Assembly (NCBI GenBank): GCA_902524115.1
Contig: CABZCA010000003.1
Span: forward strand, 39,628 to 103,627
DNA from: an uncultured Pelagibacteraceae bacterium
GTDB lineage: Bacteria > Pseudomonadota > Alphaproteobacteria > Pelagibacterales > Pelagibacteraceae
DNA: 64,000 bases
Direction of reading: 5' to 3'
Under the pieces are notes generated by a model that was not told the DNA's origin, made no database searches, and worked only from the letters and a program-made list of their open reading frames with translations. The stretch's first letter is position 1. Each line of letters begins with the position of its first letter. A program made the position numbers and the translations under genes. This document shows, piece after piece, positions 38,069-48,429 of this stretch.

Positions 38069-38413
38069 TTATTTATTTGTTATTTCATTATCAAAATTTG
38101 TCTTAAAATAATCTGTTTCTAAATCAAATTTTTTAACCTTTACTGTTAAATATCTAAGTAAATTTTTGTCTAATTTTTCATTTTTTTCTAGCTCCGCAAT
38201 TATTTTTCCATCAGCTTTGATTTTAAAATGAATATAATTTCCTTTCTTATTTTTTTTTATTAAATAAGAAAGGTTCATTAGGCCCCAGGTTTCCAATTTT
38301 ACTATATCACCATCTAATTTCTGGACAATTTTTGAATATTTATCTTCAATTTGTTTAAGTTGAGAAGGGCTTACATCCTGCCTTGCTATAATTGTGTGCT
38401 CATATAAGTTCAT
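38069..38413 (-). CDS. rpsF: 30S ribosomal protein S6
   Basis: YEH..IARQD, WG..NLSY.IKK..KG.Y; rpsF-rpsR-rplI order. Confidence 0.95.
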   Translation of the reverse strand: MNLYEHTIIARQDVSPSQLKQIEDKYSKIVQKLDGDIVKLETWGLMNLSYLIKKNKKGNYIHFKIKADGKIIAELEKNEKLDKNLLRYLTVKVKKFDLETDYFKTNFDNEITNK

Positions 38414-38497
38414 AATAATTCTTTTAAAAAAGAGAGGATATACTATTATAATTTTTTAATTACAATATAAAAAATAACGTTTTTGCTTATATTTTCT

Positions 38498-39427
38498 ATG
38501 TTTTCAGTTTTATTTCCAGGCCAAGGTTCACAATCAGTTGGAATGGCAAAAGATTTATATGAAAATTTTGATTATATAAAAGACCTTTTTGAAGAAGCTG
38601 ACGATGCTCTTGACCTATCATTAAGTAAAATTATTTTTGAAGGACCTAAAGAATTATTAAATGAAACAGAAAATACTCAGCCAGCAATTTTTCTAGTAAG
38701 CTATGCAATTTTTACAACTATAAAAAATGAAACCCCATTTAATGTTACAAAGGCTGATTACTTCGCGGGGCATTCCTTAGGAGAATATTCAGCCTTAGCT
38801 TGTGCTGATGTCATAAATTTTAAAGAAACAGTAAAACTTCTAAAAGTTAGAGGTAAAGCAATGCAAAATGCTGTTCCTAAAAATGAGGGTGGAATGTTAG
38901 CAGTATTAGGAGAAGACTTAAAAAAAATCCAAGAAATTATAGAAATAAACAAAAAAAACTTTACCTGTTTTTTAGCAAACGATAATTCGAATGGCCAAGT
39001 TGTAATTAGCGGAAAAGTTGGTAGCATTGATAAATTTATAGTTGAATTAAAAAAGTTTAATATAAAGAATATTAAACTGCCAGTTTCAGCACCCTTCCAT
39101 TGTATTTTAATGAGACCTGCTACGCAAGTTATGAATAAAGAACTTTTAAAAACAAAATTTTACAAACCAAATAATATGATAGTATCTAATGTAACTGCCG
39201 AACCTTCCGATGATCCTGCTAAAATAAAAAATCTTTTAATAGAGCAGATTGAAAAGCCTGTTCGTTGGAGAGAGAGTATTATTAATATTATAAAATCAGG
39301 AAATAAAAAATTTATTGAAATAGGTCCTGGTAAAGTTTTATCAGGTCTAGTTAAAAGAATTGATAGAAATGTAGAGTTAATTCAAGTAAATAGTATAAAT
39401 GATATAAATAATTTGCAAAATTTATGA
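38498..39427 (+). CDS. fabD: Malonyl-CoA:ACP transacylase
   Basis: FPGQGSQ, TQPA, GHSLGE, LPVSAPFH, EIGPGKVL; ATG 38498 preferred. Confidence 0.96.
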   Translation: MFSVLFPGQGSQSVGMAKDLYENFDYIKDLFEEADDALDLSLSKIIFEGPKELLNETENTQPAIFLVSYAIFTTIKNETPFNVTKADYFAGHSLGEYSALACADVINFKETVKLLKVRGKAMQNAVPKNEGGMLAVLGEDLKKIQEIIEINKKNFTCFLANDNSNGQVVISGKVGSIDKFIVELKKFNIKNIKLPVSAPFHCILMRPATQVMNKELLKTKFYKPNNMIVSNVTAEPSDDPAKIKNLLIEQIEKPVRWRESIINIIKSGNKKFIEIGPGKVLSGLVKRIDRNVELIQVNSINDINNLQNL

Positions 39428-40161
39428 TTAATTTAAAAAATTTAAATATAATTTTAACAGGTGCTACTGGTGTTATAGGCAATGCTATTCTAGATAAATT
39501 AATTTTAGCAGGTTCAAATGTTTTAGCGACAGGAACAAATGATTTAAAACTACAAAAAATTAAAGATAAATATAATAACATAAGTGTACTTAAGTTTGAT
39601 ATTTCTGAGCATCAAAATATTGATATATTTGTAGAAGATTGTAACAAAATTTTTTCTAATAAAATTGATGTTTTAATAAATAATGCAGGTATTACTCAAG
39701 ATAATCTGTCAATTAGAATGAAGGACGAGGAATGGAAAAAGGTTATTGATTTAAATCTTACTTCTACTTTTTTAATTACTAAAAACGTAATTAAAAAAAT
39801 GTTAAAATCAAAAAAAGGGAAAATAATAAATGTCACATCAGTCGTAGGACACACAGGCAATATAGGCCAAGCGAATTACGCTTCTTCAAAAGCAGGAATA
39901 ATTGCAATGTCAAAAAGTCTAGCTCTAGAATATGGAAAAAAAAATATAACCATAAATTCTATATCACCAGGTTTTATAATTTCTGAAATGACAGCAAAAA
40001 TAAGTAAAGAACACACAGAATTGATGAAATCTAGGATATCACTTAACAAATTTGGTAGTCCTGAGGATGTTGCTAATTCAGTTGTCTTTTTAAGTTCAAA
40101 TCTATCAGACTATATAACTGGAGAGACAATACATGTAAATGGAGGCATGTATTTTAGTTGA
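39424..40161 (+). CDS. fabG: 3-oxoacyl-ACP reductase
   Basis: NNAGITQD, GNIGQANYASSK, YITGETIHVNGG; between fabD and acpP. Confidence 0.95.
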   Translation: MINLKNLNIILTGATGVIGNAILDKLILAGSNVLATGTNDLKLQKIKDKYNNISVLKFDISEHQNIDIFVEDCNKIFSNKIDVLINNAGITQDNLSIRMKDEEWKKVIDLNLTSTFLITKNVIKKMLKSKKGKIINVTSVVGHTGNIGQANYASSKAGIIAMSKSLALEYGKKNITINSISPGFIISEMTAKISKEHTELMKSRISLNKFGSPEDVANSVVFLSSNLSDYITGETIHVNGGMYFS

Positions 40162-40207
40162 CAAAATTATTAAAATATTTATTAACAAAATAACTTAAAG
40201 GAACAAA

Positions 40208-40447
40208 ATGTCAGACGATATTTCTAGTAAAGTAAAAAAAATAGTTGCAGACCACCTTGGTATAGATGAAGCTAAAGTAAACGACGACTCAAGCTTTATT
40301 GATGATTTAGGTGCAGATAGTTTAGATACAGTAGAGTTAGTTATGGCTTTTGAAGAAGAATTTGGATCTGAAATATCTGATAGTGATGCAGAAAAAATTT
40401 TGACTGTTGGCGATGCAGTTAAATTTATCGAAAATAAAGCTAACTAA
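40208..40447 (+). CDS. acpP: Acyl carrier protein
   Basis: [20 protein letters not shown]. Confidence 0.98.
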   Translation: MSDDISSKVKKIVADHLGIDEAKVNDDSSFIDDLGADSLDTVELVMAFEEEFGSEISDSDAEKILTVGDAVKFIENKAN

Positions 40448-40460
40448 TTTTTTTACTTAA

Positions 40461-41096
40461 ATGGCCGAAAAGAAAGTAGGGATAATTGTAATATTATCAT
40501 CTCCCTCAGGCGCAGGCAAAACTACGTTAGTAAAAAAACTATCTCTTAAAAATAATTTTAAAATTTCAATATCTCATACTACCAGAAAACCGAGGGCAAC
40601 TGAAAAAAACGGAAAAGATTATTTTTTTATTAAAAATAAAGAATTTAAAAATTTAATAAAAAAAAAAAAGTTTTTAGAACATGCAAAAGTTTTTAAAAAT
40701 TATTATGGGTCTTTAAAAGAAACAGTAATAACAAAACTAAAAGAGGGAGATAATGTAATCTTTGATATAGATTGGCAAGGTACGGAACAAATTAAATATC
40801 AAAAATTAAAATATAAAATTGTAACAATATTTATACTTCCGCCATCAAAACAAGAATTATTTAATAGATTACTGAAGAGGGATAAAAAAGATAAAAAAAT
40901 TGCAGAAGTTAGAATGAAACAATTTAAAAAAGATGTTCAACATTGGAAAAGTTATGACTTTGCAGTAATCAACGATGATATTGAATTTTGTTATAATCAA
41001 ATAATTAATTTCATTAAAAAACAAAAAAAAAGTAGAAAAAAATTAAGTTATAATAAAGATATTATAAAAAGACATATAAAAAAATTACTTAATTAA
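40461..41096 (+). CDS. gmk: Guanylate kinase
   Basis: SSPSGAGKTT, SHTTR.PR, DIDWQG, FILPPS. Confidence 0.96.
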   Translation: MAEKKVGIIVILSSPSGAGKTTLVKKLSLKNNFKISISHTTRKPRATEKNGKDYFFIKNKEFKNLIKKKKFLEHAKVFKNYYGSLKETVITKLKEGDNVIFDIDWQGTEQIKYQKLKYKIVTIFILPPSKQELFNRLLKRDKKDKKIAEVRMKQFKKDVQHWKSYDFAVINDDIEFCYNQIINFIKKQKKSRKKLSYNKDIIKRHIKKLLN

Positions 41097-41876
41097 AGAT
41101 TCATAAATTTTACAAATCTTGTAGTAGGTTGCATTATCCAAATTTTGTGGTCTTAAATTTAAATCTAGACATAATTTTTTTGCCATTTCCTCAAAATTTT
41201 TAAATAAAAATTTTAGAGGTTTTTTAATCATCTTTCGTCTTTGACTAAAAAAAATATTAGTAACAAATTCTAAATTTTTTGGATCATTCAATTCAAAAAA
41301 TTTTTTTTTTGGAGAAAATACTAATAGTGTGCTCTTTACTTTTGGCATAGGTTTAAAACTATTTGGATCTATATCTGTAATTTTTTCTACTTTCATTTTC
41401 CAATTTGAAAGAATAGAGAGTCTTCCATATTTTTTCGAGTTTGTTTGAGCTACAATTCTATCAGCAACTTCTTTCTGGAACATTAAAACAAATTTCTTAC
41501 AAAACTTATCTAGTTCTTTAATTTTTATCCATTTTACAAGTATTTGAGTAGATATATTATAAGGAAGATTTCCAAATATCACTAATTTTTTACCATAATA
41601 ATTTTTGTATGAAAATTTCATCATATCTTGATTAAATACTTTAATTCTATCTCCAAATTTTTTGTTTAAATGATCACTAAGCATCGTATCCTTTTCAACT
41701 AAAATAATATTCTTTGGTGCTTGCTCCAATATTTTTTTAGTGAGATTTCCAGTTCCTGGACCAACTTCTAATACAGTATCTTGGCTATTTATATTGCCAA
41801 CTTTAATTATTAGATTTATTATTTTTTGATCATAAAGAAAATTTTGACCTAAACTTCTTTTTGGTTTGAAACTCAT
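41085..41876 (-). CDS. rsmA: 16S rRNA m6,2A1518/1519 dimethyltransferase
   Basis: LGQNFL, EVGPGTG.LT, GNLPYNI, MFQKEVA.R, QRRKM. Confidence 0.96.
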   Translation of the reverse strand: MSFKPKRSLGQNFLYDQKIINLIIKVGNINSQDTVLEVGPGTGNLTKKILEQAPKNIILVEKDTMLSDHLNKKFGDRIKVFNQDMMKFSYKNYYGKKLVIFGNLPYNISTQILVKWIKIKELDKFCKKFVLMFQKEVADRIVAQTNSKKYGRLSILSNWKMKVEKITDIDPNSFKPMPKVKSTLLVFSPKKKFFELNDPKNLEFVTNIFFSQRRKMIKKPLKFLFKNFEEMAKKLCLDLNLRPQNLDNATYYKICKIYESLIK

Positions 41877-42838
41877 TAAATTTTTTCTAAAAAATCAAAT
41901 GCACAAAAGATTGATGAAGGATCAGATTTATTTTTTCCAATCATATCAATATTAGGACCATGATCAGGAGTAATTTTAAGAAAAGGAAGACCAAGCGTAA
42001 TATTGATAGCATTAAATTTATATAAAGTTTTCAAAGGGGTGAGAACTTGATCATGGTACATGCCAATAACAACATCAAATTTTTTTAAATTTTTTCCTAA
42101 AAAAAAGGTATCAGCTGCTATTGGGCCATAAACTTTAATTTTTTGTTTCTTTAAATATTTTATTGCTGGATAAATTTCTATTTTTTCTTCACTAATACGA
42201 TCAGTAGACTCACAATGTGGGTTGAGTCCAAGAATTGCTATATTTGGTTTTTTTTTTAAATTTAATTTGTAAAAGTTATTTATTTTTTTGACATTATAAA
42301 TTATTTTCTTTTTTTTAATAAAGTTTGAAACATTTTTTATTGGAATATGAGTTGTTAAAGGATTAACAGCAAGATTTTTATTATATATTAACATAACAGG
42401 TTCAGGAGAATTTGTTTCATTAGCTATGTATTCAGTTATTCCAGGAAATTTTTTTTTTAAAAAATGCTTTTTTGATATTGGCCCATTTATTAATGCATGG
42501 ACTTTATTTTTTCTAATCAATTTTAAACTCAACTTAAAACAATTTTCAATATATTTGTTTGAGTTTTCTGAAATATTAGAAAAAGCATTTTTAAATTTGT
42601 AGTTTACATTAATAATATTTACTTTTTTTTTTAATGCGTTATTTATTTCAGAAATTTTATTTAACTTAATTTGAAATTTTAACTTTTTCATTTGGTTTAA
42701 TAACAATTTATAATTACCAATTAAAATAATTTTTTTTTTTATTTTTTTAAATTTTTCTGATTTAAAATATTTAAATAAAACTTCTGAAAAAATACTATTA
42801 GGCTCCCCAAGAACAATTATAACTATATTAGATTTCAT
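41876..42838 (-). CDS. pdxA: 4-hydroxythreonine-4-phosphate dehydrogenase
   Basis: TTHIP, GLNPH, ADTFF, MYHDQ, N.TLGLP, PDHG. Confidence 0.92.
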   Translation of the reverse strand: MKSNIVIIVLGEPNSIFSEVLFKYFKSEKFKKIKKKIILIGNYKLLLNQMKKLKFQIKLNKISEINNALKKKVNIINVNYKFKNAFSNISENSNKYIENCFKLSLKLIRKNKVHALINGPISKKHFLKKKFPGITEYIANETNSPEPVMLIYNKNLAVNPLTTHIPIKNVSNFIKKKKIIYNVKKINNFYKLNLKKKPNIAILGLNPHCESTDRISEEKIEIYPAIKYLKKQKIKVYGPIAADTFFLGKNLKKFDVVIGMYHDQVLTPLKTLYKFNAINITLGLPFLKITPDHGPNIDMIGKNKSDPSSIFCAFDFLEKI

Positions 42839-43760
42839 TTATTTGAATATTTTTTTTTAATCTCTTAAAAAAAATGATTGAAAAAGTGTTCAACTGTCTA
42901 TTTTTTTCATTTTCAATTAATTTTCTTAACTGATTCTCTATGTTAATTTCTTGTTTAAATTCTTTTTTGTCATTTAATTTAATTATTAAGTAACCTTCTG
43001 CCATTTTTATTGGTTCGCTTACTTCTTGGTTATTGAGACCCAAAACTTTTTTTCCAATTTTATTTGATATTTGAAGCTCATTAACCCATCCAATCATTCC
43101 TCCATTTTTTGAGGTACTCGATATACTAAATATATTAGCTGTATTTTCAAAACCAATTTCCTGAATACTTTTTTCAATTCTTTTTAATGTTTCTCCAATT
43201 TCTTCATTTACATTCTCTGTAAAAAATATTTCAGATAAGTTATATTCATACTTTTTGTTTTTATTTTTATATTGTTTAACTAGATCTTGTCTGAGTTGTT
43301 TTTCATTAATCCTGATACTATTTGAATATTTATTAAATATTAGTTGGTTCCACAAAGACTCAACTAAAAATTTTTTTTTTATTGTGTCGTATATAAGTCC
43401 CTTATTGTTTAAAATCTGAACAAATACAGTTTTATCTTTTATACCTTTTCTTTTTAAAAAATTTTTTTCTACTAAATTTGCAATATTTTCAGACTTATCA
43501 AAATTATAATATTTACTTAATTCATCATTTTTGATTATTTCTGTTATTAACGAATTTTTAGCAATCTGATTAATTCTTTCATTGTTTAATTCTTGCAGTT
43601 TAGGGTTTAAGAATAATAAGTATTTTCTTTCACTATCGATATCTAAATTTGTAATTATTTTATTTTGAACTTTTACTACTATTTGAATTGAGTAAGCATT
43701 TAAATTAATATTATAACTAATAAAAAATATAATAATTATAAAAAATTTAAATATTTTCAT
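42828..43760 (-). CDS. surA: SurA-like periplasmic chaperone/PPIase
   Basis: Signal peptide, V..KIITN.DI, F...A..FS....NGG.IGW; lptD-surA-pdxA-rsmA synteny. Confidence 0.85.
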   Translation of the reverse strand: MKIFKFFIIIIFFISYNINLNAYSIQIVVKVQNKIITNLDIDSERKYLLFLNPKLQELNNERINQIAKNSLITEIIKNDELSKYYNFDKSENIANLVEKNFLKRKGIKDKTVFVQILNNKGLIYDTIKKKFLVESLWNQLIFNKYSNSIRINEKQLRQDLVKQYKNKNKKYEYNLSEIFFTENVNEEIGETLKRIEKSIQEIGFENTANIFSISSTSKNGGMIGWVNELQISNKIGKKVLGLNNQEVSEPIKMAEGYLIIKLNDKKEFKQEINIENQLRKLIENEKNRQLNTFSIIFFKRLKKNIQINEI

Positions 43761-46151
43761 TTAATTTTCAAAAACTGTGTTTGCTGCTCCACGTAATTCA
43801 GCAAAAGGAATAAATTTAATCAAAAAAAATAAACTTTCATCTGGCAGCAAGCTTCCATCTCTAAAAAACTTTTTCTGATATTCAAAAGATGCTAATAAGC
43901 AATCTGTTTCATATTCATATGATAATTTATAAAATTGAGTAAAATCATCTTTTAAATCTTTTGTCGTATTAAAACTAATTGCATGTTCATCTGAAATTTC
44001 AAAGATAGTATCATTTTTAATTATTTCGCTATTTCCAAAATCATGATTTTCTGTAATATAGTTAAAAGATGATGTGAGTTTGTTTAATTCAAAAATAACA
44101 TCAACAGAATCATAATTTGAGTAGTCTAAATCTCTATCGTAAGAAAAGTTGTAATTAATTTCAGTTTTATTGTTAACTTTAAAAAATAGATTACCAACTA
44201 AATCTGATCTAGTTTGATCTAATTTTGTTTTTGATGGAAGGTCATGGTTTTTTTTATCTTTTATTACACTGCCCAAATTAAATCCCAATATTTTTTCATT
44301 GTTATAATTTTGTTTTTCAAACTCTACTCCTAATGAAATCGAATTTCCTTTTTCCACCATATCAGATCTTCCAATACGGTTGGGAGAAAATAAGTTGTCA
44401 AATTTTATTTGTGTATCATCTGAGGAAATATTTTTACCATTTGTTGGACTTATTCTTAATTGTATAATAGGTTTTAATAAGTTTCTTGAACTATCTAATT
44501 CTTTTTTTAATGGCAACTCTGATTTAAGTAGAAATGTTCCAAAAATTTCATGATCATTTTTACTTTCATAAACAGTTGAATTTTCTGAATAAGTGTTAAA
44601 GTTTTTAAGCAATAAACTATAGTCAGTTATTATACCTCTTGGAGATAAAAAGTCATATGAATTAAAATTAAAATCATTGTTTATAAGAGCTTCATATTTA
44701 TTTGTTTCATATAATTTTTGAAATCCTGAGGATAAAAATTCGAACGTACCATTATAACTTTCTTCTAATTTTATATTTTTGATAAAATTAAAGTCAGGAA
44801 ATATATATTGATATTTGTCGTTGTCATTTTTAGATAAATCTTCATAAAGTTTAATTGTGCTATTAAAGCTTGTATTCTCATCTATATTTGTTTCAACTTT
44901 TATAAATGAAGATAAAGTACTGTCGCTATCTATTAAAGATGTATATTCCTTGATATCGTGAATTTTTAAATAATTATCATTTGTAACATTTTGAACTTGA
45001 AATTTATAATTCGTATTTTCATTTATTTCCCCATCTAATTCTGCAAAAAAATGAGTACTTGTATTTTTTTTTCTGTTAATACTAAAATCTGCTATTAAGT
45101 TAGAATTTTTAAAAGCTTCTCTATACTCAGATTGTAGTATGTAATCATTATTTAAATAAAATCTTGGTTTTAATGTAAAATCTTTAGAGTTTGAAATGGA
45201 ATAAAAGTATGGAATATTAATTGATGATCCTAGATTACTAGAACCTTTGTAAAAAGGGTTTAAAAAACCTGATTTTCTTTTAACTGTTGGATCAGGATGA
45301 TTAAAGTAAGGTACATAAATTAGTTTTTTATTAAAAACTTTCAACCAAGATTTTTCATATTCAAATAATTTTTTTATCTTATCATGAGTAAAAATCTCAC
45401 TTTGAAGCTCCCAGCCTCTACAATTTTTGCCGGTTTTATTGCAAGTACTAAAGACAGTTTTAAAAATTCTAGTATTTCGTTCATTAGATATAATACTGCT
45501 ACCTTTTAAGACCGGATCATTATTCTCGTTTCCAAAGAAAGAATCCTCAAAATCTATTTTTAACTCCTTCCCTGCTATTTCATTTTGTTTTAAATTTAAC
45601 TTAGAATTTTCAAAAAAATATTTGTTATTATTTTGGTCCTTTATTGAAATTTTTTTTGATGAAATAATTTCTTTAAACATATCAAATATCAATCCTTCAC
45701 TAAATAAAAAAATATTATCAAAATTATCACTCACCTCTGTATAATCTTTGCTTAGTATTTTTTTTGAATTAATATTATATGATATATTAGATGTTTTTAT
45801 CTTATAATTTTTTTTATAAGCTATATTTGTTTCACTTTGGGATAGCAATTTATTTTCTAATTCACTAAAAATCATTTTCTGACTTTCAATGATTATATCA
45901 TTCTCTGTGTCAATATATTTTACATTATCAAAAATTGTTAATTCAAAGTTCTCTCTGTCATAAACAAATTTCTCACCTTCTATCTTCAAGTTTTTTGATG
46001 GAATTTCTGCAACGCCCTTTGAAGCGAAAACCATATTTCCATTTTTTTCTATTTTTATATTTTTTGAATCGAAAAAAACTGTTTGAGCATTTAAATTTGA
46101 GTTAATTAATAATGTAAATATTATTATGTTTATAAAGATTTTAATATTCAT
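43761..46151 (-). CDS. lptD: LPS assembly outer-membrane protein
   Basis: Signal peptide, FSTC, PYF.HPDP..KRKSGFL.P, YETDC near C-terminus; synteny. Confidence 0.9.
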   Translation of the reverse strand: MNIKIFINIIIFTLLINSNLNAQTVFFDSKNIKIEKNGNMVFASKGVAEIPSKNLKIEGEKFVYDRENFELTIFDNVKYIDTENDIIIESQKMIFSELENKLLSQSETNIAYKKNYKIKTSNISYNINSKKILSKDYTEVSDNFDNIFLFSEGLIFDMFKEIISSKKISIKDQNNNKYFFENSKLNLKQNEIAGKELKIDFEDSFFGNENNDPVLKGSSIISNERNTRIFKTVFSTCNKTGKNCRGWELQSEIFTHDKIKKLFEYEKSWLKVFNKKLIYVPYFNHPDPTVKRKSGFLNPFYKGSSNLGSSINIPYFYSISNSKDFTLKPRFYLNNDYILQSEYREAFKNSNLIADFSINRKKNTSTHFFAELDGEINENTNYKFQVQNVTNDNYLKIHDIKEYTSLIDSDSTLSSFIKVETNIDENTSFNSTIKLYEDLSKNDNDKYQYIFPDFNFIKNIKLEESYNGTFEFLSSGFQKLYETNKYEALINNDFNFNSYDFLSPRGIITDYSLLLKNFNTYSENSTVYESKNDHEIFGTFLLKSELPLKKELDSSRNLLKPIIQLRISPTNGKNISSDDTQIKFDNLFSPNRIGRSDMVEKGNSISLGVEFEKQNYNNEKILGFNLGSVIKDKKNHDLPSKTKLDQTRSDLVGNLFFKVNNKTEINYNFSYDRDLDYSNYDSVDVIFELNKLTSSFNYITENHDFGNSEIIKNDTIFEISDEHAISFNTTKDLKDDFTQFYKLSYEYETDCLLASFEYQKKFFRDGSLLPDESLFFLIKFIPFAELRGAANTVFEN

Positions 46152-47229
46152 TTAATCGTGTTAGTCCTAAAGTACATATTAGAAATATGAGTATTTGTGG
46201 TAACCAAACTGATAATTCAACAGGTAATGTTTCATTTTTTCCAAATAAGATAGAAAAATAATTTATATAATAGAATATAACTGATACTAACACTCCTATA
46301 ACTACAAGAAAAAACTTGGATTTAATGAAAGTCAATCTTAACATTAATAAAGCTCCAATTATTGTAGTTAGAGTTAGATAAATTGGCAAACAGTATATTT
46401 TATTTAAATGAAGTCTCACTTCAGTAGATGAATAACCAATTGATTTATAATTTTCTTTCAATTCAATTAATTGAAGAATATTTAACGAATTAAGATTAGA
46501 GTATAAATTAGAAATAATTTTCTCATTAAATGACGACGAATATTGATAATTTTTTAATTTCTGGGTTTTTCTATCATTTGAATAAATCTTTACATCTGAT
46601 AAAACCCAATTTTTCTCAGTAATATTTGCTTTGCTGGAAACAATAGTGCTTATTAATTTGTAATCATTATCTAATTCTGTAATTTCTAAGTTTTCTAAAG
46701 TATTCATTTTATAATTTTTTGCACTGATAATAAAAATTTTTGTATCATCATTACTCTTTTCTTTTATCCACAAACCATCTTCATTTACGATTGCTAAATG
46801 ATCACTAGTATTAGAATACTTGTATTTGATGTTTAGATACAAACTCTTCAAATTTGCAGAGAATGAATAGTATAATATTATTAATAAAATTCCCAATATC
46901 AACGACACTATTGAAATTATTGAAGTTATGTTAAAATTATTTATTCCATTACTTTTAAATAATTCAATTTCATCTCTATCATAAAGGCTAATAAAAAAAA
47001 ACATAACGCCTAGAAGAAATATAAAAGGAAGGATTTCAAATAGTATTGATGGTATATTTAATATTGTTAAAAGTATTGGAATATAAATTTCACTATTTTT
47101 ATTCTCAAAATATTTTATTTCTTCAAATATATTTAAAAAAAAACTTAAGAACATAAAAATTAAAATTATCATCAATAAGTTTTTTAAGTAAAGATTGGTA
47201 ATGTATCGTTGATATTGTTTTGCTATCAT
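46141..47229 (-). CDS. lptG: LPS export permease
   Basis: 3+3 TM architecture, GLWIKE periplasmic domain; between lptF and lptD. Confidence 0.85.
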   Translation of the reverse strand: MIAKQYQRYITNLYLKNLLMIILIFMFLSFFLNIFEEIKYFENKNSEIYIPILLTILNIPSILFEILPFIFLLGVMFFFISLYDRDEIELFKSNGINNFNITSIISIVSLILGILLIILYYSFSANLKSLYLNIKYKYSNTSDHLAIVNEDGLWIKEKSNDDTKIFIISAKNYKMNTLENLEITELDNDYKLISTIVSSKANITEKNWVLSDVKIYSNDRKTQKLKNYQYSSSFNEKIISNLYSNLNSLNILQLIELKENYKSIGYSSTEVRLHLNKIYCLPIYLTLTTIIGALLMLRLTFIKSKFFLVVIGVLVSVIFYYINYFSILFGKNETLPVELSVWLPQILIFLICTLGLTRLNEY

Positions 47230-48374
47230 AAAAAATTTAATTTGAATCTAGTAATCATTAGCAATAAAAAATAATAAATTATTACCAATATTAAAGGTAA
47301 TAAAATAAAAAAATAAAACATACCTCCAGAGCCTAAAATAAATTTTAGTCCAATTTGTGATATAATAATAATAAAACTACCTAATAAAAAAATATTCATT
47401 TTATGAAATTTAAAAAAATGTTTTGATTTTGGCTGTACTATCAAACTAGCTGCAATAAGTGAAATTATTAAAGTATAAAGGGGTAAAATAAATCTTTTAT
47501 ACAATTCGTCAAATATCGAATTAAGCTGTCTGTTTTGGCAAGTTTCTGATTTCAAGTTTTGAAATATATTTAAACTATTTATATTTATATCCTTTATAAT
47601 TTTTTTAAAACAGTTGACAATTACAGAAGTTTTTACTTCTTGCATTTTAGGATGGGTAATAGATTTTGTTGAAAAGTTAGATAAGTCATAGTCTGTCTCA
47701 GAAAAATTTAATGCAAAAGAATTTTTCTCATTTAGATTTGTTATACCTCCATTGTAAAGCCTCAAAAAGAATTGATTGTCTTTTTTGATAATTTTACCTT
47801 TATCGGCGACAATTATTTTTGATTTATTCTTATCAACTCTTTCATTAATATAAATTTTCCTCAATACACCATCTTGATTATACTCTTCTACAAAAATAGT
47901 TAAATTTTTTACAACATTTATAAATTTTTTTTCTGAGATTAATTTTGGTAAAAAATCAATATTTGATTCTTTTATTAATATTCTAGCAAGATTTTGTGAT
48001 TTTGGAACAATAAACAAATTGAGAATTAATTGTAAAATTAAAAATAATACTGAGAATCTTAAAATAAAATTTATAAAATGGATTTTTTTTATACCATTAC
48101 TCCAAAAAACAATAAGTTCATTAGCATTACTATATTTATTAATTACGTAGAAAATAGAAATGAAATAAACAAAAATTATAGTCTTGCTGAATATTTTTGG
48201 TAAATTTAGAAAGACGTAGTAAAAATAAATTTTAAGACTGTGTCCATCGTCAGAGACTAAATCCAAAAAATTCACAGCTTGTATGATCCACACAATAAAA
48301 GTAATACTAAACGACGCAATTAAAAAAAAATTAACTATATCTATTGAAAATTTACGAAATATTAATTTATTCAT
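47226..48374 (-). CDS. lptF: LPS export permease
   Basis: WIIQAVNFLD, NELIV..SNG, YDLS; divergent from pepA as is usual. Confidence 0.85.
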   Translation of the reverse strand: MNKLIFRKFSIDIVNFFLIASFSITFIVWIIQAVNFLDLVSDDGHSLKIYFYYVFLNLPKIFSKTIIFVYFISIFYVINKYSNANELIVFWSNGIKKIHFINFILRFSVLFLILQLILNLFIVPKSQNLARILIKESNIDFLPKLISEKKFINVVKNLTIFVEEYNQDGVLRKIYINERVDKNKSKIIVADKGKIIKKDNQFFLRLYNGGITNLNEKNSFALNFSETDYDLSNFSTKSITHPKMQEVKTSVIVNCFKKIIKDININSLNIFQNLKSETCQNRQLNSIFDELYKRFILPLYTLIISLIAASLIVQPKSKHFFKFHKMNIFLLGSFIIIISQIGLKFILGSGGMFYFFILLPLILVIIYYFLLLMITRFKLNFL

Positions 48375-48429
48375 TGAAATTATTGTTTTAATAAATATAC
48401 AACATTATCTAATAAAAATTTCAAAAAAA

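Noticed and set aside
48283-48429. N-terminal extension of PepA in the ORF track
   Set aside because: Overlaps the divergent lptF start; ATG 48430 gives a normal-length M17 peptidase. Similar over-extensions were trimmed at 9787, 30963, 38483, 51819 and 56543
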